Shown: positions 37,236 through 47,215, counted from the first letter of the stretch. The stretch is DNA of 64,000 bases from Candidatus Pacearchaeota archaeon (GCA_041648455.1 JBAZOZ010000002.1:1531-65530); one strand, 5' to 3'. Numbers and translations: made by a program. Notes: generated by a model from the sequence alone, not told the origin.

Positions 37236-37850
37236 TCATTTTTTCTTTACCTTTTTTTCTTTTCCTTTAACTGCTTTCTCCTCGAATTTTGCGGCTTTAA
37301 CAGCTTCTTTTTGTTTTTTTATTGCATCTTCTTTAGTCCATTCTAATTTTCCAAGTCCGGGCTGGCGCATTGTCAATCCTATTTTTGGCTCGTCTCCCTT
37401 GTAACTTATTGCAACAACTCTTGCCAAACAAGTATCTCCTGATTTTAAAATTCTTTTTGAAGTTTTCCCAGTTAGCGTATTTGACTTGCTGAAAGTCACA
37501 TAATCATCCATTGTTTGAGAAATATGAATCATTCCCTGCATAACCCCCATATTTACAAAAGCTCCGAAATTAGTTATTTCTGAAATTGTTCCGTAAACTA
37601 GTTCTTGAAGTTCTGGCTTCCACGCAAGTAGTTTGAATGTTGATTTGTAATAAGTTGCACCGTCTCCCGGAATTATCACTCCCTCTCCGACGCTTAAAAC
37701 TTCAATTACTGCGACGGCTTTTCCGATTTCTCTATCATAATAATTTTTGTAAGTTTCGTGCAGCTGGTTTTCAACAGCCTCACCAGTTGGCATACCAAAT
37801 AGTTTCGGTTCAACTCTTACATAATCTTCAACTTCTGTTACATAGAACAT
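37236..37850 (-). CDS. rpoE: DNA-directed RNA polymerase subunit E' (Rpo7) with S1 domain
   Basis: MFYVTEVEDYVRVEPKLFG, then an S1 domain and a basic tail. Confidence 0.75.
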   Translation of the reverse strand: MFYVTEVEDYVRVEPKLFGMPTGEAVENQLHETYKNYYDREIGKAVAVIEVLSVGEGVIIPGDGATYYKSTFKLLAWKPELQELVYGTISEITNFGAFVNMGVMQGMIHISQTMDDYVTFSKSNTLTGKTSKRILKSGDTCLARVVAISYKGDEPKIGLTMRQPGLGKLEWTKEDAIKKQKEAVKAAKFEEKAVKGKEKKVKKK

Positions 37851-37972
37851 AAAAAAAGTAGTGAAAAATGGCTTAAAAACCTTTTTGTTAAAGATTTTTG
37901 GGCCACGAAATTTAGAATTGCGCCTACACACAAAAGTGAAACAAAAATTTCGTCGGTTTTTAAAATTTCCGA

Positions 37973-38326
37973 CTAGATAATCTCCAACTTCTTTTTATTT
38001 CGGATAATCAATTTTGGGCTTTTGACTTTTGATTTTATTTCTCTGTCGAGTGTTGCTACAATGACATTTGGATTTTTCTTAGAATAATTAATAATTGCGT
38101 TGTCTGTATTTTTTCCTGGAAGTCCAATAATTTTCGGCTTGTTTATTTTTATTAATTTTAATGCTAATTTTGCTTCTATTCTTGAATGTGAAATTCCTTC
38201 AATTTCCTTAATTACTTGTTTTGGAATTAAAATTCTAATTCCATCTAATTTAAGCTGTTCAAAGAAATCAATTTTATTTCTTATGCATGTTAAAATAAAC
38301 GAGGTGTCCAAGATTATTTCTTTCAT
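37973..38326 (-). CDS. PIN-domain protein
   Basis: ILDTSFIL...D residues at PIN positions. Confidence 0.55.
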   Translation of the reverse strand: MKEIILDTSFILTCIRNKIDFFEQLKLDGIRILIPKQVIKEIEGISHSRIEAKLALKLIKINKPKIIGLPGKNTDNAIINYSKKNPNVIVATLDREIKSKVKSPKLIIRNKKKLEII

Positions 38327-38376
38327 GAACTAAATAAGATATTAAGGTTTAAATAATCTTTTTTCTTTGTTATTTT

Positions 38377-38940
38377 ATGCAAGAGGTTGATAATGTTCTT
38401 AGAATTCTGAAAGAGACAAAAGAATCTATAAATAACAAAGATGCTGTTGCATTAAAAACTCTCAGCAATCAAACAATCCATACGGCTGCAGTGAGTCAAG
38501 ATCCCGATAATATTGCCGTGGCAGTTATTGTCTATTCAATTGGGAAAATTATTGAAAGAAGTAATAATGGGGAAGAAAAAAAATATGCCGGGCTTTATAA
38601 CAGATTGTCGGTTATGATTGATAAAACTATTTTTGAACTTAAAAGTGGAAATCAAGACAAAGTCAGAAAAAATTTAAATTACATTCGAAAAGATATTGAA
38701 CGTGGCTCTGGAGATTTTAAAAGGCACATTCAAGATGTTTTTAGAAAAGCTTCAATAAATAAAGCATCTAAAATTTACGAACATGGAATTTCAATGGAAA
38801 CGACAGCTTCGCTTTTAGGAATTACAATGTTCGAACTTGCGAGTTATGCTGGACAAAAACAAGTTATCAGCGAGGAAAAAGAAGAAAAAACAATTTCTGC
38901 CAAAGAAAGAATTAAAATTGCAATGGAGATGTTTGAATAG
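38377..38940 (+). CDS. Hypothetical protein (187 aa)
   Basis: ORF track. Confidence 0.45.
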   Translation: MQEVDNVLRILKETKESINNKDAVALKTLSNQTIHTAAVSQDPDNIAVAVIVYSIGKIIERSNNGEEKKYAGLYNRLSVMIDKTIFELKSGNQDKVRKNLNYIRKDIERGSGDFKRHIQDVFRKASINKASKIYEHGISMETTASLLGITMFELASYAGQKQVISEEKEEKTISAKERIKIAMEMFE

Positions 38941-38941
38941 T

Positions 38942-39487
38942 ATGGATATAATCTTAGTTAGACATGGTGAATCTGAACATAATGCTAAATTAAGTGAAGA
39001 TAATGATTCTGCTTTGACTAAAAAAGGGAGAAAACAGGCAGAATATGTAGGTAAAAAATTGCAAAAAATAAAGATATCTAAAATTTACACAAGCGGATTA
39101 ATAAGAGCTAAACAGACGGCGCAAATTATCTCCAAAATTAATAAAATATCTAAGATAAAATATTTTGATGGATTAAATGAATATCCTGGAAGATATTTGA
39201 AGCAAAAATGGAGATGGTTATTTAATAAAAGATTAAAATTATTAAAAAAATTAATAAAAGATATTTCTAAAGACAAAAAAAAAGATAAGACAATATTAAT
39301 TGTTGCTCATGGAATTACTAATAGAATTATAATAGGTTATCTTTTACAGATTCCTCTGAAAAAACAGCTCCTATTTTTCAGACAACACAATACAGGTGTT
39401 AATATTTTGATATGGGATAATGATTTTAAAAACTGGAAGCTGGAATCTATGAATGATATTTCACATTTGCCGGAGAGGTTAAGATGA
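38942..39487 (+). CDS. Histidine phosphatase (phosphoglycerate-mutase-like) family protein
   Basis: ILVRHGESEHN, ...R...T and VAHG motifs. Confidence 0.75.
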   Translation: MDIILVRHGESEHNAKLSEDNDSALTKKGRKQAEYVGKKLQKIKISKIYTSGLIRAKQTAQIISKINKISKIKYFDGLNEYPGRYLKQKWRWLFNKRLKLLKKLIKDISKDKKKDKTILIVAHGITNRIIIGYLLQIPLKKQLLFFRQHNTGVNILIWDNDFKNWKLESMNDISHLPERLR

Positions 39488-39632
39488 AAATACAAAAATT
39501 AAAAATTTTTGTCCTTCAAGATGGAAAACAAAAAAGTTTTCCATCCCTAAAAATCAGGAAGATTTTAAGGAAACAAGAATTTTTAGAAGAAATAAGAAAT
39601 TTTTTACCTTTTAAAAACAGGAAATTTTTAAA
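39488..39632 (+). repeat. AGGAA-core module array upstream of 39633
   Basis: atgaaaatacaaaaattaaaaatttttgtccttcaaga...aatcaggaagattttaagg...aaataagaaattttttaccttttaaaaacaggaaatttttaaaATG. Confidence 0.8.
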
Positions 39633-40316
39633 ATGAACAAAGCAATAATTTTCGACTCGGGAACTTTGATTAGTTTATCAATGAGTGGTTTACTTGATAG
39701 TATTCGTGATTTAAAAAGAATATTCAATGGACATTTTTTAATTACAAAAGATGTCAAAGAAGAAATTATTGACAAACCACTTACAATAAAAAAATTTGAA
39801 CTTGAAGCTTTGAGAATTAAACAGCTTCTTGACGACGGCGTATTGGAGAGTTCAGATGTAATGAAAATCAGCAAAGAAGAAATTGATGCCGAAAAAAATA
39901 AATTTATAAATATTGCAAACGCAACTTTTTACGCAAGGGGGAAAGAAATTCATATAATTGATTTTGGTGAAGCGTCCTGTTTGGCTCTTAGCAAAATTCT
40001 AAGTGAAAAGAAAATTGAAAATGTTATTGCTGTCGATGAAAGAACTACAAGACTTCTTGGGGAAAAACCAGACAACATAAAAAAGATTATGGGGAATAAA
40101 TTACATACAAATATAAATTCCAATAAGGAAAACTACAAATTATTTCAGGGGTTTAAATTTATTAGATCGACCGAATTAATTTATGTTGCATATAAAAAAG
40201 GTTTTATTAACATAAAAGATGGTACAACTGTTCTTGACGCATTGCTTTATGCTTTAATGTTCAGCGGATGTTCTATTTCTTCTACAGAAATTAATGATAT
40301 AAAAAAAATGAAGTAA
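39633..40316 (+). CDS. Hypothetical protein, possibly PIN-like nuclease fold
   Basis: AIIFDSGTLISL...VDERTTRLL; weak. Confidence 0.4.
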   Translation: MNKAIIFDSGTLISLSMSGLLDSIRDLKRIFNGHFLITKDVKEEIIDKPLTIKKFELEALRIKQLLDDGVLESSDVMKISKEEIDAEKNKFINIANATFYARGKEIHIIDFGEASCLALSKILSEKKIENVIAVDERTTRLLGEKPDNIKKIMGNKLHTNINSNKENYKLFQGFKFIRSTELIYVAYKKGFINIKDGTTVLDALLYALMFSGCSISSTEINDIKKMK

Positions 40317-40321
40317 TAAAT

Positions 40322-40564
40322 TTAATGAGGAGTTAATATTTCTAGAGCAGTTGGGAGATTATTTCTTAGGAAAAATTCTGGATGAAATGTTAATAAAAGA
40401 GTGGCGTCCCATAAACTCGGGTCGTCTGTTTGAGCAAGATATTTTCTGCAGCTGCAATTTTTCTCAGAACATACTCGATAATACGTGCATAGGTAAGGAT
40501 CTTTAAAATCTATGATGGGTTCAATCTCTTTTTCTAATGCTAATATAGACATTTCAATTATCAT
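40322..40564 (-). CDS. Hypothetical small Cys-containing protein (80 aa)
   Basis: ORF track. Confidence 0.3.
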   Translation of the reverse strand: MIIEMSILALEKEIEPIIDFKDPYLCTYYRVCSEKNCSCRKYLAQTDDPSLWDATLLLTFHPEFFLRNNLPTALEILTPH

Positions 40565-40632
40565 TTTATTATCACAAAACTATTTAAATATTCTTATATC
40601 AGGATAGATAAAGAAAACAAAAGTTTCTATTG

Positions 40633-40703
40633 GGGTCTGTAGTTCATCGTTAGAATATCTGCCTCCAGAGCAGAAGAGGGGGGTTAAATTCCCTCCAGGC
40701 CCA
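40633..40703 (+). tRNA. Putative tRNA-Trp(CCA) with non-canonical D-loop (no GG) and T-loop (TTAAATT)
   Basis: GGGTCTG-TA-GTTC-ATCGTTA-GAAT-A-TCTGC-CTCCAGA-GCAGA-AGAG-GGGGG-TTAAATT-CCCTC-CAGGCCC-A. All four stems pair with G-U allowed. Missing G18G19 and C56 lowers confidence. Confidence 0.35.
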
Positions 40704-40830
40704 TTAAAAAGAACCCGCTGGTTCTTTTTAGAAATCTCCTCTAATGCTGAACGACGATTTCTAAATGCCTCCGGTGAAATCGTATAAAAGAACCCAAATA
40801 TTTTTCCTCTGGTAGAATCGCATAAAAGAT
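40704..40830 (+). repeat. Third, degenerate locus of the hairpin-plus-78-nt-unit element, abutting the tRNA 3' end
   Basis: ttaaaaagaacccgctggttctttttagaaatctcctctaatgctgaacgacgatttctaaatgcctccggtgaaatcg. Confidence 0.6.
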
Positions 40831-40851
40831 TATAATTATTTTATATACTAA

Positions 40852-40977
40852 TACAGCAAAAATTGTTTTTTGCGTAAACTCCCCGTTTTAACTCGTGAGA
40901 AAGCGAAAACAATTTTTGGGGTGTTCAAGAACCTGAGACACGCCCCGGAATTTATTCCGAGGGTTCTTGACATACTA
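40852..40977 (-). repeat. About 125-nt structured element, copy 2 (inverted relative to 5355..5480)
   Basis: Reverse complement reads gtcaagaaccctcggaataaattccggggcgtgtctcaggttcttgaacaccccaaaaattgttttcgctttctcacgagttaaaacggggagtttacgcaaaaaacaatttttgctgta. Confidence 0.7.
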
Positions 40978-41110
40978 AAAAATTCTGAAAGAATTTTTGG
41001 TAAGTTTTAAAAAGCAATTTCGGAACCTTAAAGATAAAATCTTTAACTCATTCGTTTTTACAAACGAAGATTTTAAAAACATCTTTTTCTTGTAGGTTAT
41101 AACAAAATAT

Positions 41111-41330
41111 GGGGCTGTGCTTTCGCACAGACTGAGTTTAATATTTTGTTATTACAGAAAATATGAAAAATAAAAAGTTTTTCATCCTGTTCACATGGAA
41201 AACAAAGAAGTTTTCCATTCCTCAAAATCAGAAAGATTTTAAGGAAACAGGAAGTTTTGAAGGTAAAAAAATTTTCTGTCCCTTAAATTTCAAGGGGATA
41301 ATATGAAATTAAAGGTGAAAGGAGGGTGAA
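41111..41330 (+). repeat. Hairpin GGGGCTGTGCTTTCGCACAGAC followed by AGGAA-core module array upstream of 41331
   Basis: Same hairpin-plus-array architecture as 29166..29305. Confidence 0.7.
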
Positions 41331-41711
41331 ATGGAAAAGAGTTTGAAAATTGGTTTGATTGTTGTCGCAGGAATTGTAATAATTGCTATTGTAGCAATGA
41401 ATGGTTCTCAATCAACAGGACAAGCAACATCAACATTTACTTCTGGTGCGAATTACGGGGCAATTAATCCAGGATTTAATGTACAAACACAATGTACTTA
41501 CGTTGATGAAAATGATGGATGGGATGTATTGAAAAAAACAACTGTTAGGTTTTATGACAGAACTTCCGGGAAGTATATTAAGTATAGCGATGCATGTTCG
41601 GGTCAGAACAGCGTATCTGAAAATCATTGTGAAGATGGATATAGAAAAACAAGATTAGTTAATTGTCCGTCGGAAACTGCTTGTATTGATGGTGCGTGTG
41701 TTTCTAGATGA
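41331..41711 (+). CDS. Small secreted Cys-rich protein (N-terminal TM/signal; 8 Cys)
   Basis: IGLIVVAGIVIIAIVAM...CTYVDEN...CSGQNS...CEDG...CPSETACIDGACV; GGAGGGTGA SD. Confidence 0.45.
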   Translation: MEKSLKIGLIVVAGIVIIAIVAMNGSQSTGQATSTFTSGANYGAINPGFNVQTQCTYVDENDGWDVLKKTTVRFYDRTSGKYIKYSDACSGQNSVSENHCEDGYRKTRLVNCPSETACIDGACVSR

Positions 41712-42447
41712 TTTTATTCTTAATTAATTTTTTTATTTTTTCAAATTTATATATTTTGTTGTCTCCTATAGTGTGAACTGTGAAATTCATTAGATCTTTC
41801 TTTTGCATAATAGAAAAACAATCTTCGTATTCTTCGCTGTAATTATTAATTGGAGAACCTTCGATTGTTGATAAAAAACTTGGCAGGATAATTATCTCCT
41901 TACCCTTAAATTTCCCAACAAGAAAACACTTGAATATTTCTTCTTTTATTCCTTGCTTGTCGGAAAGAATTATTGAAGGATGAATATGCCCTATAACAAT
42001 TGTTTTTATTCTTGAATCGAATACTTCTGAAAAAAATTTATCTCCATGAAGAAATGCTATATCTTTTTCAATGTAATAATCTTTTAATTTTTTATCAAAA
42101 GTATAATCTATCGTGTCATGATTTCCCTTAATGAAAATTATATCTTTCTCTTTAAGGTTCTCCTTTAAAAAATTTAACACCTTATTAAAATAATTTTTTT
42201 CTTTCCATTCGTAAGCAAAAGAATGCTTTAAGTCTCCGATGAAAACTATCTTTCTTAATTTTTGTTTTTTTGATTTCATTTTATTAAAGATATTCTTTAA
42301 TTCAATTATAATTTCTTCAACCTGTCTTTCCGGAATTAAAACTCCAGATTGTTGAATCATATAATCGTACCCTAAGTGCAAATCCCCGACGGCTAGAATT
42401 CCATGCTGAGGGAAAAAGAGAGTTTTGTCAAGAAATTTAAATTTCAT
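41704..42447 (-). CDS. Metallophosphoesterase (Lhr-associated MPE family)
   Basis: VGDLHLG, GDL.H, GNHD and GHIH motifs; stop overlaps the lhr start. Confidence 0.75.
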   Translation of the reverse strand: MKFKFLDKTLFFPQHGILAVGDLHLGYDYMIQQSGVLIPERQVEEIIIELKNIFNKMKSKKQKLRKIVFIGDLKHSFAYEWKEKNYFNKVLNFLKENLKEKDIIFIKGNHDTIDYTFDKKLKDYYIEKDIAFLHGDKFFSEVFDSRIKTIVIGHIHPSIILSDKQGIKEEIFKCFLVGKFKGKEIIILPSFLSTIEGSPINNYSEEYEDCFSIMQKKDLMNFTVHTIGDNKIYKFEKIKKLIKNKII

Positions 42448-45035
42448 CTTTCTCCGATAATTCTCAAATGTTCCTTATGCATTCTTTGAAGGAATTCCTG
42501 TTTATCTTCTATTCTAATTAAATCTGTGTGGCCTTGGATAATCAGGTTCAATGCGAATGGACTTGGAATTGAAGTATCTTTAATCTTGAATTTTAACTTT
42601 CCTAATTCTATCCATTCTAAAACTTGTTTTGCAGATGAAATGTCCATCAAATCTTCCAAAACTTCCCGTCTTGCTTCACGAAGAATTGGAAACTCTGAAG
42701 TTATTTTCTTAACTGCATTAATTAAGAAATGAGATTTCATTTGCTGTTTTCCGACGGTCTTGCTTCTTCCTTTGTAATTTCTTAGAATCATTAAAGAACG
42801 AGTTGCACAATGCCTGAATCTTCTTGCAAGAACGTCTGTTTTCTCAATCGCTTCTTTTAAAATTTCCTCAAGATTATCTTTCTTAAGAAAATTAATTGCT
42901 TTTTCAATCTTCATTTTTTCTCCTGCAAGATAAAATCCGTTGTCGTTTATTCCTATTTGAATATCCCTGCCTCCGGCTCTTGCAATTAAAAAAGCGAATG
43001 CCCTCGACAACGCATCATTGACTCTTCTTCCATACATGCTGTGAAATAAAAGATAATTTTTTTCTGACTTGTATCTTTCTATAAGAATTGTTTTTGAATC
43101 AGGAATCTCAAGAAAATTATATTGTTCCTTAAAATAATTATAGATTACCTCCGCAGTAGACTTGCTTTTTTCATCGAGATAAAGATGATTAGAGATAAAA
43201 TTAATTATTTCTTCCTTATTTTTGCCGGAATTTAATCTCTCTTTCATTAATGTTCTGAAGCGATTCACTTCATTTGCAGAATCAAAACTTAATGGAAGCA
43301 TTTCAGAAAACCACGAAGGAATTGTCGGAGACTTTTCTATTGTAGATTTAACATAAAGATTCATTCCCCGAGTATATAAGTAAATATATTTTTTTCCTCC
43401 GAGTACAAAAACATCTCCTTTTTTCATCCGCTCTAAAAATCCTTCATCGATGTGTCCGACTTGTTCTCCGTTAGGAGCTATTTTTACGGTAATAAAAGAT
43501 TCTTCGGGTATTGTCCCTATGTTTGTCAAATAGAGCATCCTTGCAAGTTTTCCTCTTTTTCCAATTTGTTTGGTATCTTTATCATACCATATTTTTCCAT
43601 AAATATAATTTTTTTCCAGAGAATATTCGCCAGATAAATAACTTATAACGTCGAGGAAATCATTTCTTGTTAAATTTGAATAACAATAACTTTTTCTTAT
43701 TAATGAAAACATTTCTTCGATGTCCCATATCTTGTAAATTGACATCCCGTAAATTTGCTGACTTAAAACATCCAGGGCGTTTTTAGGAAAATAAATTTTG
43801 TTTATTTTTTTTTCAATCATTTCTTTTTGAATCACGCTGCACTCAACTAAATCATCCCTGTCCATTACAATAAATCTCCCTTTTGCCGTATCGTGCAGTC
43901 TGTGGCCGGCCCTTCCTAATCTTTGCAGGGCTCTTGCGGAAGATTTCGGAGAGCCAATCATTAAAACCAAATCAATATATCCTATATCAATTCCAAGTTC
44001 CAAGGAAGTTGAACAAACAACAACCTTTAGTTTTCCGTCTCGAAGTTTTTCTTCTATATCAAAACGATGTAATTTGCTCAGAGAGGAATGATGTGCAGCA
44101 ATATTGTCGTCGCCATATTCGGTTGGAAATTTTTCTTTAAGATGATTTACAACTCTCTCCGTCGCTGAACGAGTGTTTGTAAAAATCAATGTGGTTTTAT
44201 GTTCCTTAATTAAATTGTCCAAGAGAGAATACATTCCAAGTTTTAAATCAGAATCATTAATTAAATCTTCAACAGGAGCAAGAACTTTTATGTCTATATT
44301 TTTAACCATAGGAACTTTTGCAATGTGGACTGTCCTTTCTTTGTCAATTCCAACCAAATATTTTGCAACCTCTTCTAATGGTTCTATCGTTGCTGAAAGC
44401 CCGATTTTTACCGGATAAATTTTGCTTACTTCGTTAAGCCGTTCTAAAGTTAAACTAAGATATGTTCCTCTTTTATTATCTAACGCATGAATTTCGTCAA
44501 CGATACAAAATTCTAGTTCTTTTAAATTTTCAACGAATTTTTTTGTTGTCAAAATTATTGCAAGTGACTCTGGAGTTGTAATTAAAATGTGGGGAGGTTT
44601 ACGCGCCATTTTTGCCCTTTCACTTTGAGTTGTATCTCCGGTTCTTAGCGCCACTCTAATTTTTTGGAGTTTAATATTTTTTTTCTCTGCTAGCTCTCCA
44701 ATTTCTTCTAATGGTTCAATAAGATTTTTGTGAATGTCATTGCTCAACGCCTTTAAGGGGGAAGTATATAACGCATAAATCTTATCGTCTAAAGTTCCTT
44801 TTTCTGCTTGAATAATTAGATAATTTAAAACAGACAAAAAAGCGGTTAAAGTTTTGGTTCCTCCTGTCGGAGCGGAAATAAGAATATCTTTTCTTTCCCA
44901 AATATTTAATACGCCGTATTTTTGAGTTAAAGAAAAATCATTGAATTTTGAAAAAAACCATTCGCTAACAAGAGGGTGCAGAATCTTTTTTATATCCTCC
45001 ATATTTCTTTCTTGAGCATTTAGAATTTCAGTCAT
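42444..45035 (-). CDS. lhr: Lhr-like large ATP-dependent helicase (superfamily 2)
   Basis: APTGGTKT (Walker A), DEIH, SAT, ...RAGR; 863 aa. Confidence 0.8.
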   Translation of the reverse strand: MTEILNAQERNMEDIKKILHPLVSEWFFSKFNDFSLTQKYGVLNIWERKDILISAPTGGTKTLTAFLSVLNYLIIQAEKGTLDDKIYALYTSPLKALSNDIHKNLIEPLEEIGELAEKKNIKLQKIRVALRTGDTTQSERAKMARKPPHILITTPESLAIILTTKKFVENLKELEFCIVDEIHALDNKRGTYLSLTLERLNEVSKIYPVKIGLSATIEPLEEVAKYLVGIDKERTVHIAKVPMVKNIDIKVLAPVEDLINDSDLKLGMYSLLDNLIKEHKTTLIFTNTRSATERVVNHLKEKFPTEYGDDNIAAHHSSLSKLHRFDIEEKLRDGKLKVVVCSTSLELGIDIGYIDLVLMIGSPKSSARALQRLGRAGHRLHDTAKGRFIVMDRDDLVECSVIQKEMIEKKINKIYFPKNALDVLSQQIYGMSIYKIWDIEEMFSLIRKSYCYSNLTRNDFLDVISYLSGEYSLEKNYIYGKIWYDKDTKQIGKRGKLARMLYLTNIGTIPEESFITVKIAPNGEQVGHIDEGFLERMKKGDVFVLGGKKYIYLYTRGMNLYVKSTIEKSPTIPSWFSEMLPLSFDSANEVNRFRTLMKERLNSGKNKEEIINFISNHLYLDEKSKSTAEVIYNYFKEQYNFLEIPDSKTILIERYKSEKNYLLFHSMYGRRVNDALSRAFAFLIARAGGRDIQIGINDNGFYLAGEKMKIEKAINFLKKDNLEEILKEAIEKTDVLARRFRHCATRSLMILRNYKGRSKTVGKQQMKSHFLINAVKKITSEFPILREARREVLEDLMDISSAKQVLEWIELGKLKFKIKDTSIPSPFALNLIIQGHTDLIRIEDKQEFLQRMHKEHLRIIGER

Positions 45036-45402
45036 ATAAAAACAACCTCGCGTTTTCCGCGAGAATCATAGATTCTCGGGGTCTGAAAAATCCATTTTGG
45101 ATTTTTCTGATTTTGCATTTTCCCTTTCGTGTCGGAAGGGCGATTTTTTTCAACTCGAGCCCAGGTTTGCTTCAAGTTTGCCTTCGAAATAAATGCAAAC
45201 CTAAACTCTCGACTCGAGCATTGGAAAGCCGTTATGGATTAAAAATATTTGTCGCATTCCAATACTCTCGACCTCCTATGAAAATCGCATAGCAATAAAT
45301 CTTATTAAAAAATAGTTATTTAATTAGTTATAAATCTGATGTTCGTGGGTTTATTAATTTATTGGAGGAAAAGTATTTAATATAATCTCCCGAATAAAAT
45401 TT
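45036..45402. promoter_or_regulatory. Highly structured 367-bp divergent intergenic region (multiple perfect palindromes)
   Basis: CTCGCG-ttttc-CGCGAG; CAGAAAAATCCA-tttt-TGGATTTTTCTG (12-bp perfect); AGGTTTGC...GCAAACCT; repeated CTCGAG. Confidence 0.5.
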
Positions 45403-46845
45403 ATGAGTATAGGGAAAAAAGTTAGTGATAAGATTAATACAGAAAATAGGAAATTTTCTGCCTCTAAAACTTCTAAGGGAAAACAAGAAGTTCGTGAAAA
45501 AGAAAAAACACTCAAGATTTCAATTAAAGAGGCCAGTGCTGCTTCTGTTATGACTGGTGCAGGAGATGCGTATGTTGTTCCTTATGCTCTTGCCTTAAAT
45601 GCGAATAATGCTCAAATAGGATATTTAACAAGTCTTGCGGGTTTGATCGGGCCGAGTTCACAAATTATTGGAAGTAGATTTATGTATAAATATTCTAGAA
45701 AGAGATTGGTAATTAGTTCTGTTTTTTTACATGCCCTTATGTGGGTGGTTTTTTTGTTATTGGGACTGTTATACTGGCAAGGATTTTTAGAAGGAGAAAA
45801 TGTTGCAATGATTTTTATTATATTATATTGTGCATATGCTCTTTTTGGTTCTCTCGGAGGACCTGCATGGTTTTCATTAATGGGAGATTTAGTTGACGCG
45901 AAAGAAAGAGGAAGATATTTTGGAAAAAGAAATAGAATTGCAGGAATAGTTAATATTTCTGTAACGCTTGTCGCTGCCTTTATTCTAGATTATACAAAAA
46001 ATTATAATTTGGTTATATTCGGATTTATAATAATATTTAGTTTTGCGGCAATTGGGAGGTTTGTTTCTTGTTATCTTTTGACAAAACATTATTATCCTAA
46101 AATGAATATGAAAAGGGAAGATTATTTTTCTTTTTGGGAATTTATAAAAAAGGCTCCGAAAAACAATTTTGGCAAATTTGTTATTTTTGTCAGCCTTGTA
46201 ACGCTTGGAACAAATTTTGCCGCTCCTTTTTTTGGAGTTTATATGTTAGAAGAACTGCATTATAGTTATACTTGGTTTACAATAGTTACATTGTCTGGGG
46301 GAGTGTTCACACTTCTTAGCATGCCGTTTTGGGGAAAAATTGGAGATAAATATGGAAACAGACAACTTATGAAAATAGGGATGTTTATGATTCCGGTCCT
46401 GCCTCTGCCTTGGATTATCTTTAAAAGTCCTGTTGCTTTAATTCTTACAGCCCAGTTGTTATCTGGACTTGGTTGGGCTGCGTTTAACTTGGGGTTATCA
46501 AATTATATTTACGACGCTGTTACTCCGGGAAGAAGAGGTTTTTGTGTTGCATATTTTAATGTAATTAATGGTGTTGGTGTTTTTATCGGTGCAATTTTAG
46601 GCGGATTATTTGCTCAATATATTCATATTTCATTCATAAATACTTTTTTCCTAATCTTCTTAATCTCAGCTATACTTAGGGTTTTGCCGGGATTTATTTT
46701 ATTTCCAAAGATTAAGGAAGTTCGAGCGACTTCAAATAAAAAAGAAAATGTCTTGACTTCGATTTTATCTCCAGCAAGGCCATTGATTGATATGTTTCGT
46801 GGAGTAGTTTCAGTATTTAATTTTAAAATTTCAAAGAAAAAATAA
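45403..46845 (+). CDS. MFS transporter (12 TM)
   Basis: Hydrophobic profile and MFS signature GKIGDKYGNRQ. The first 40 codons are encoded by an AGGAA array, so the true start may be downstream near 45550. Confidence 0.7.
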   Translation: MSIGKKVSDKINTENRKFSASKTSKGKQEVREKEKTLKISIKEASAASVMTGAGDAYVVPYALALNANNAQIGYLTSLAGLIGPSSQIIGSRFMYKYSRKRLVISSVFLHALMWVVFLLLGLLYWQGFLEGENVAMIFIILYCAYALFGSLGGPAWFSLMGDLVDAKERGRYFGKRNRIAGIVNISVTLVAAFILDYTKNYNLVIFGFIIIFSFAAIGRFVSCYLLTKHYYPKMNMKREDYFSFWEFIKKAPKNNFGKFVIFVSLVTLGTNFAAPFFGVYMLEELHYSYTWFTIVTLSGGVFTLLSMPFWGKIGDKYGNRQLMKIGMFMIPVLPLPWIIFKSPVALILTAQLLSGLGWAAFNLGLSNYIYDAVTPGRRGFCVAYFNVINGVGVFIGAILGGLFAQYIHISFINTFFLIFLISAILRVLPGFILFPKIKEVRATSNKKENVLTSILSPARPLIDMFRGVVSVFNFKISKKK

Positions 46846-46906
46846 GCAGGCGTGCTATTGAGAGATGCTCCGCAAAGTATATAAACAGGTATGAATACAA
46901 TTTCAT

Positions 46907-47215
46907 ATGACTACATGTGCATACTATATATTTTTCACTAATCTTTCAAATAAACTAAAAATAAATATTATTCAGTCTTTAAGAAAAAAAGAGAGGAGTG
47001 TTGGTGAAATTGTTAATGGATTAAAAATGGAACAAAGTAAGGTATCTCATGCGCTGGCATCTTTAAAGTACTGTAGTATTGTTAAATCAAAACAGAAAGG
47101 GAAACAAAGGATATATTACTTAAATAAAGAAACAATAATACCTATTTTAAATTTAATAGATAGACATGAGAAGAAATCTTGCAAATTGTGCATGAAGAAG
47201 AGGTTGGGGAAATGA
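46907..47215 (+). CDS. ArsR-like HTH transcription regulator
   Basis: SVGEIVNGLKMEQSKVSHALASLKYCSIVKSKQKGKQRIYYL. Confidence 0.5.
   Translation: MTTCAYYIFFTNLSNKLKINIIQSLRKKERSVGEIVNGLKMEQSKVSHALASLKYCSIVKSKQKGKQRIYYLNKETIIPILNLIDRHEKKSCKLCMKKRLGK

Noticed and set aside
40633-40703. Minus-strand reading of the tRNA-like region as tRNA-Pro(TGG)
   Set aside because: The minus orientation gives a C-A mismatch in the acceptor and C at position 33. The plus orientation (anticodon CCA) gives a fully paired cloverleaf.
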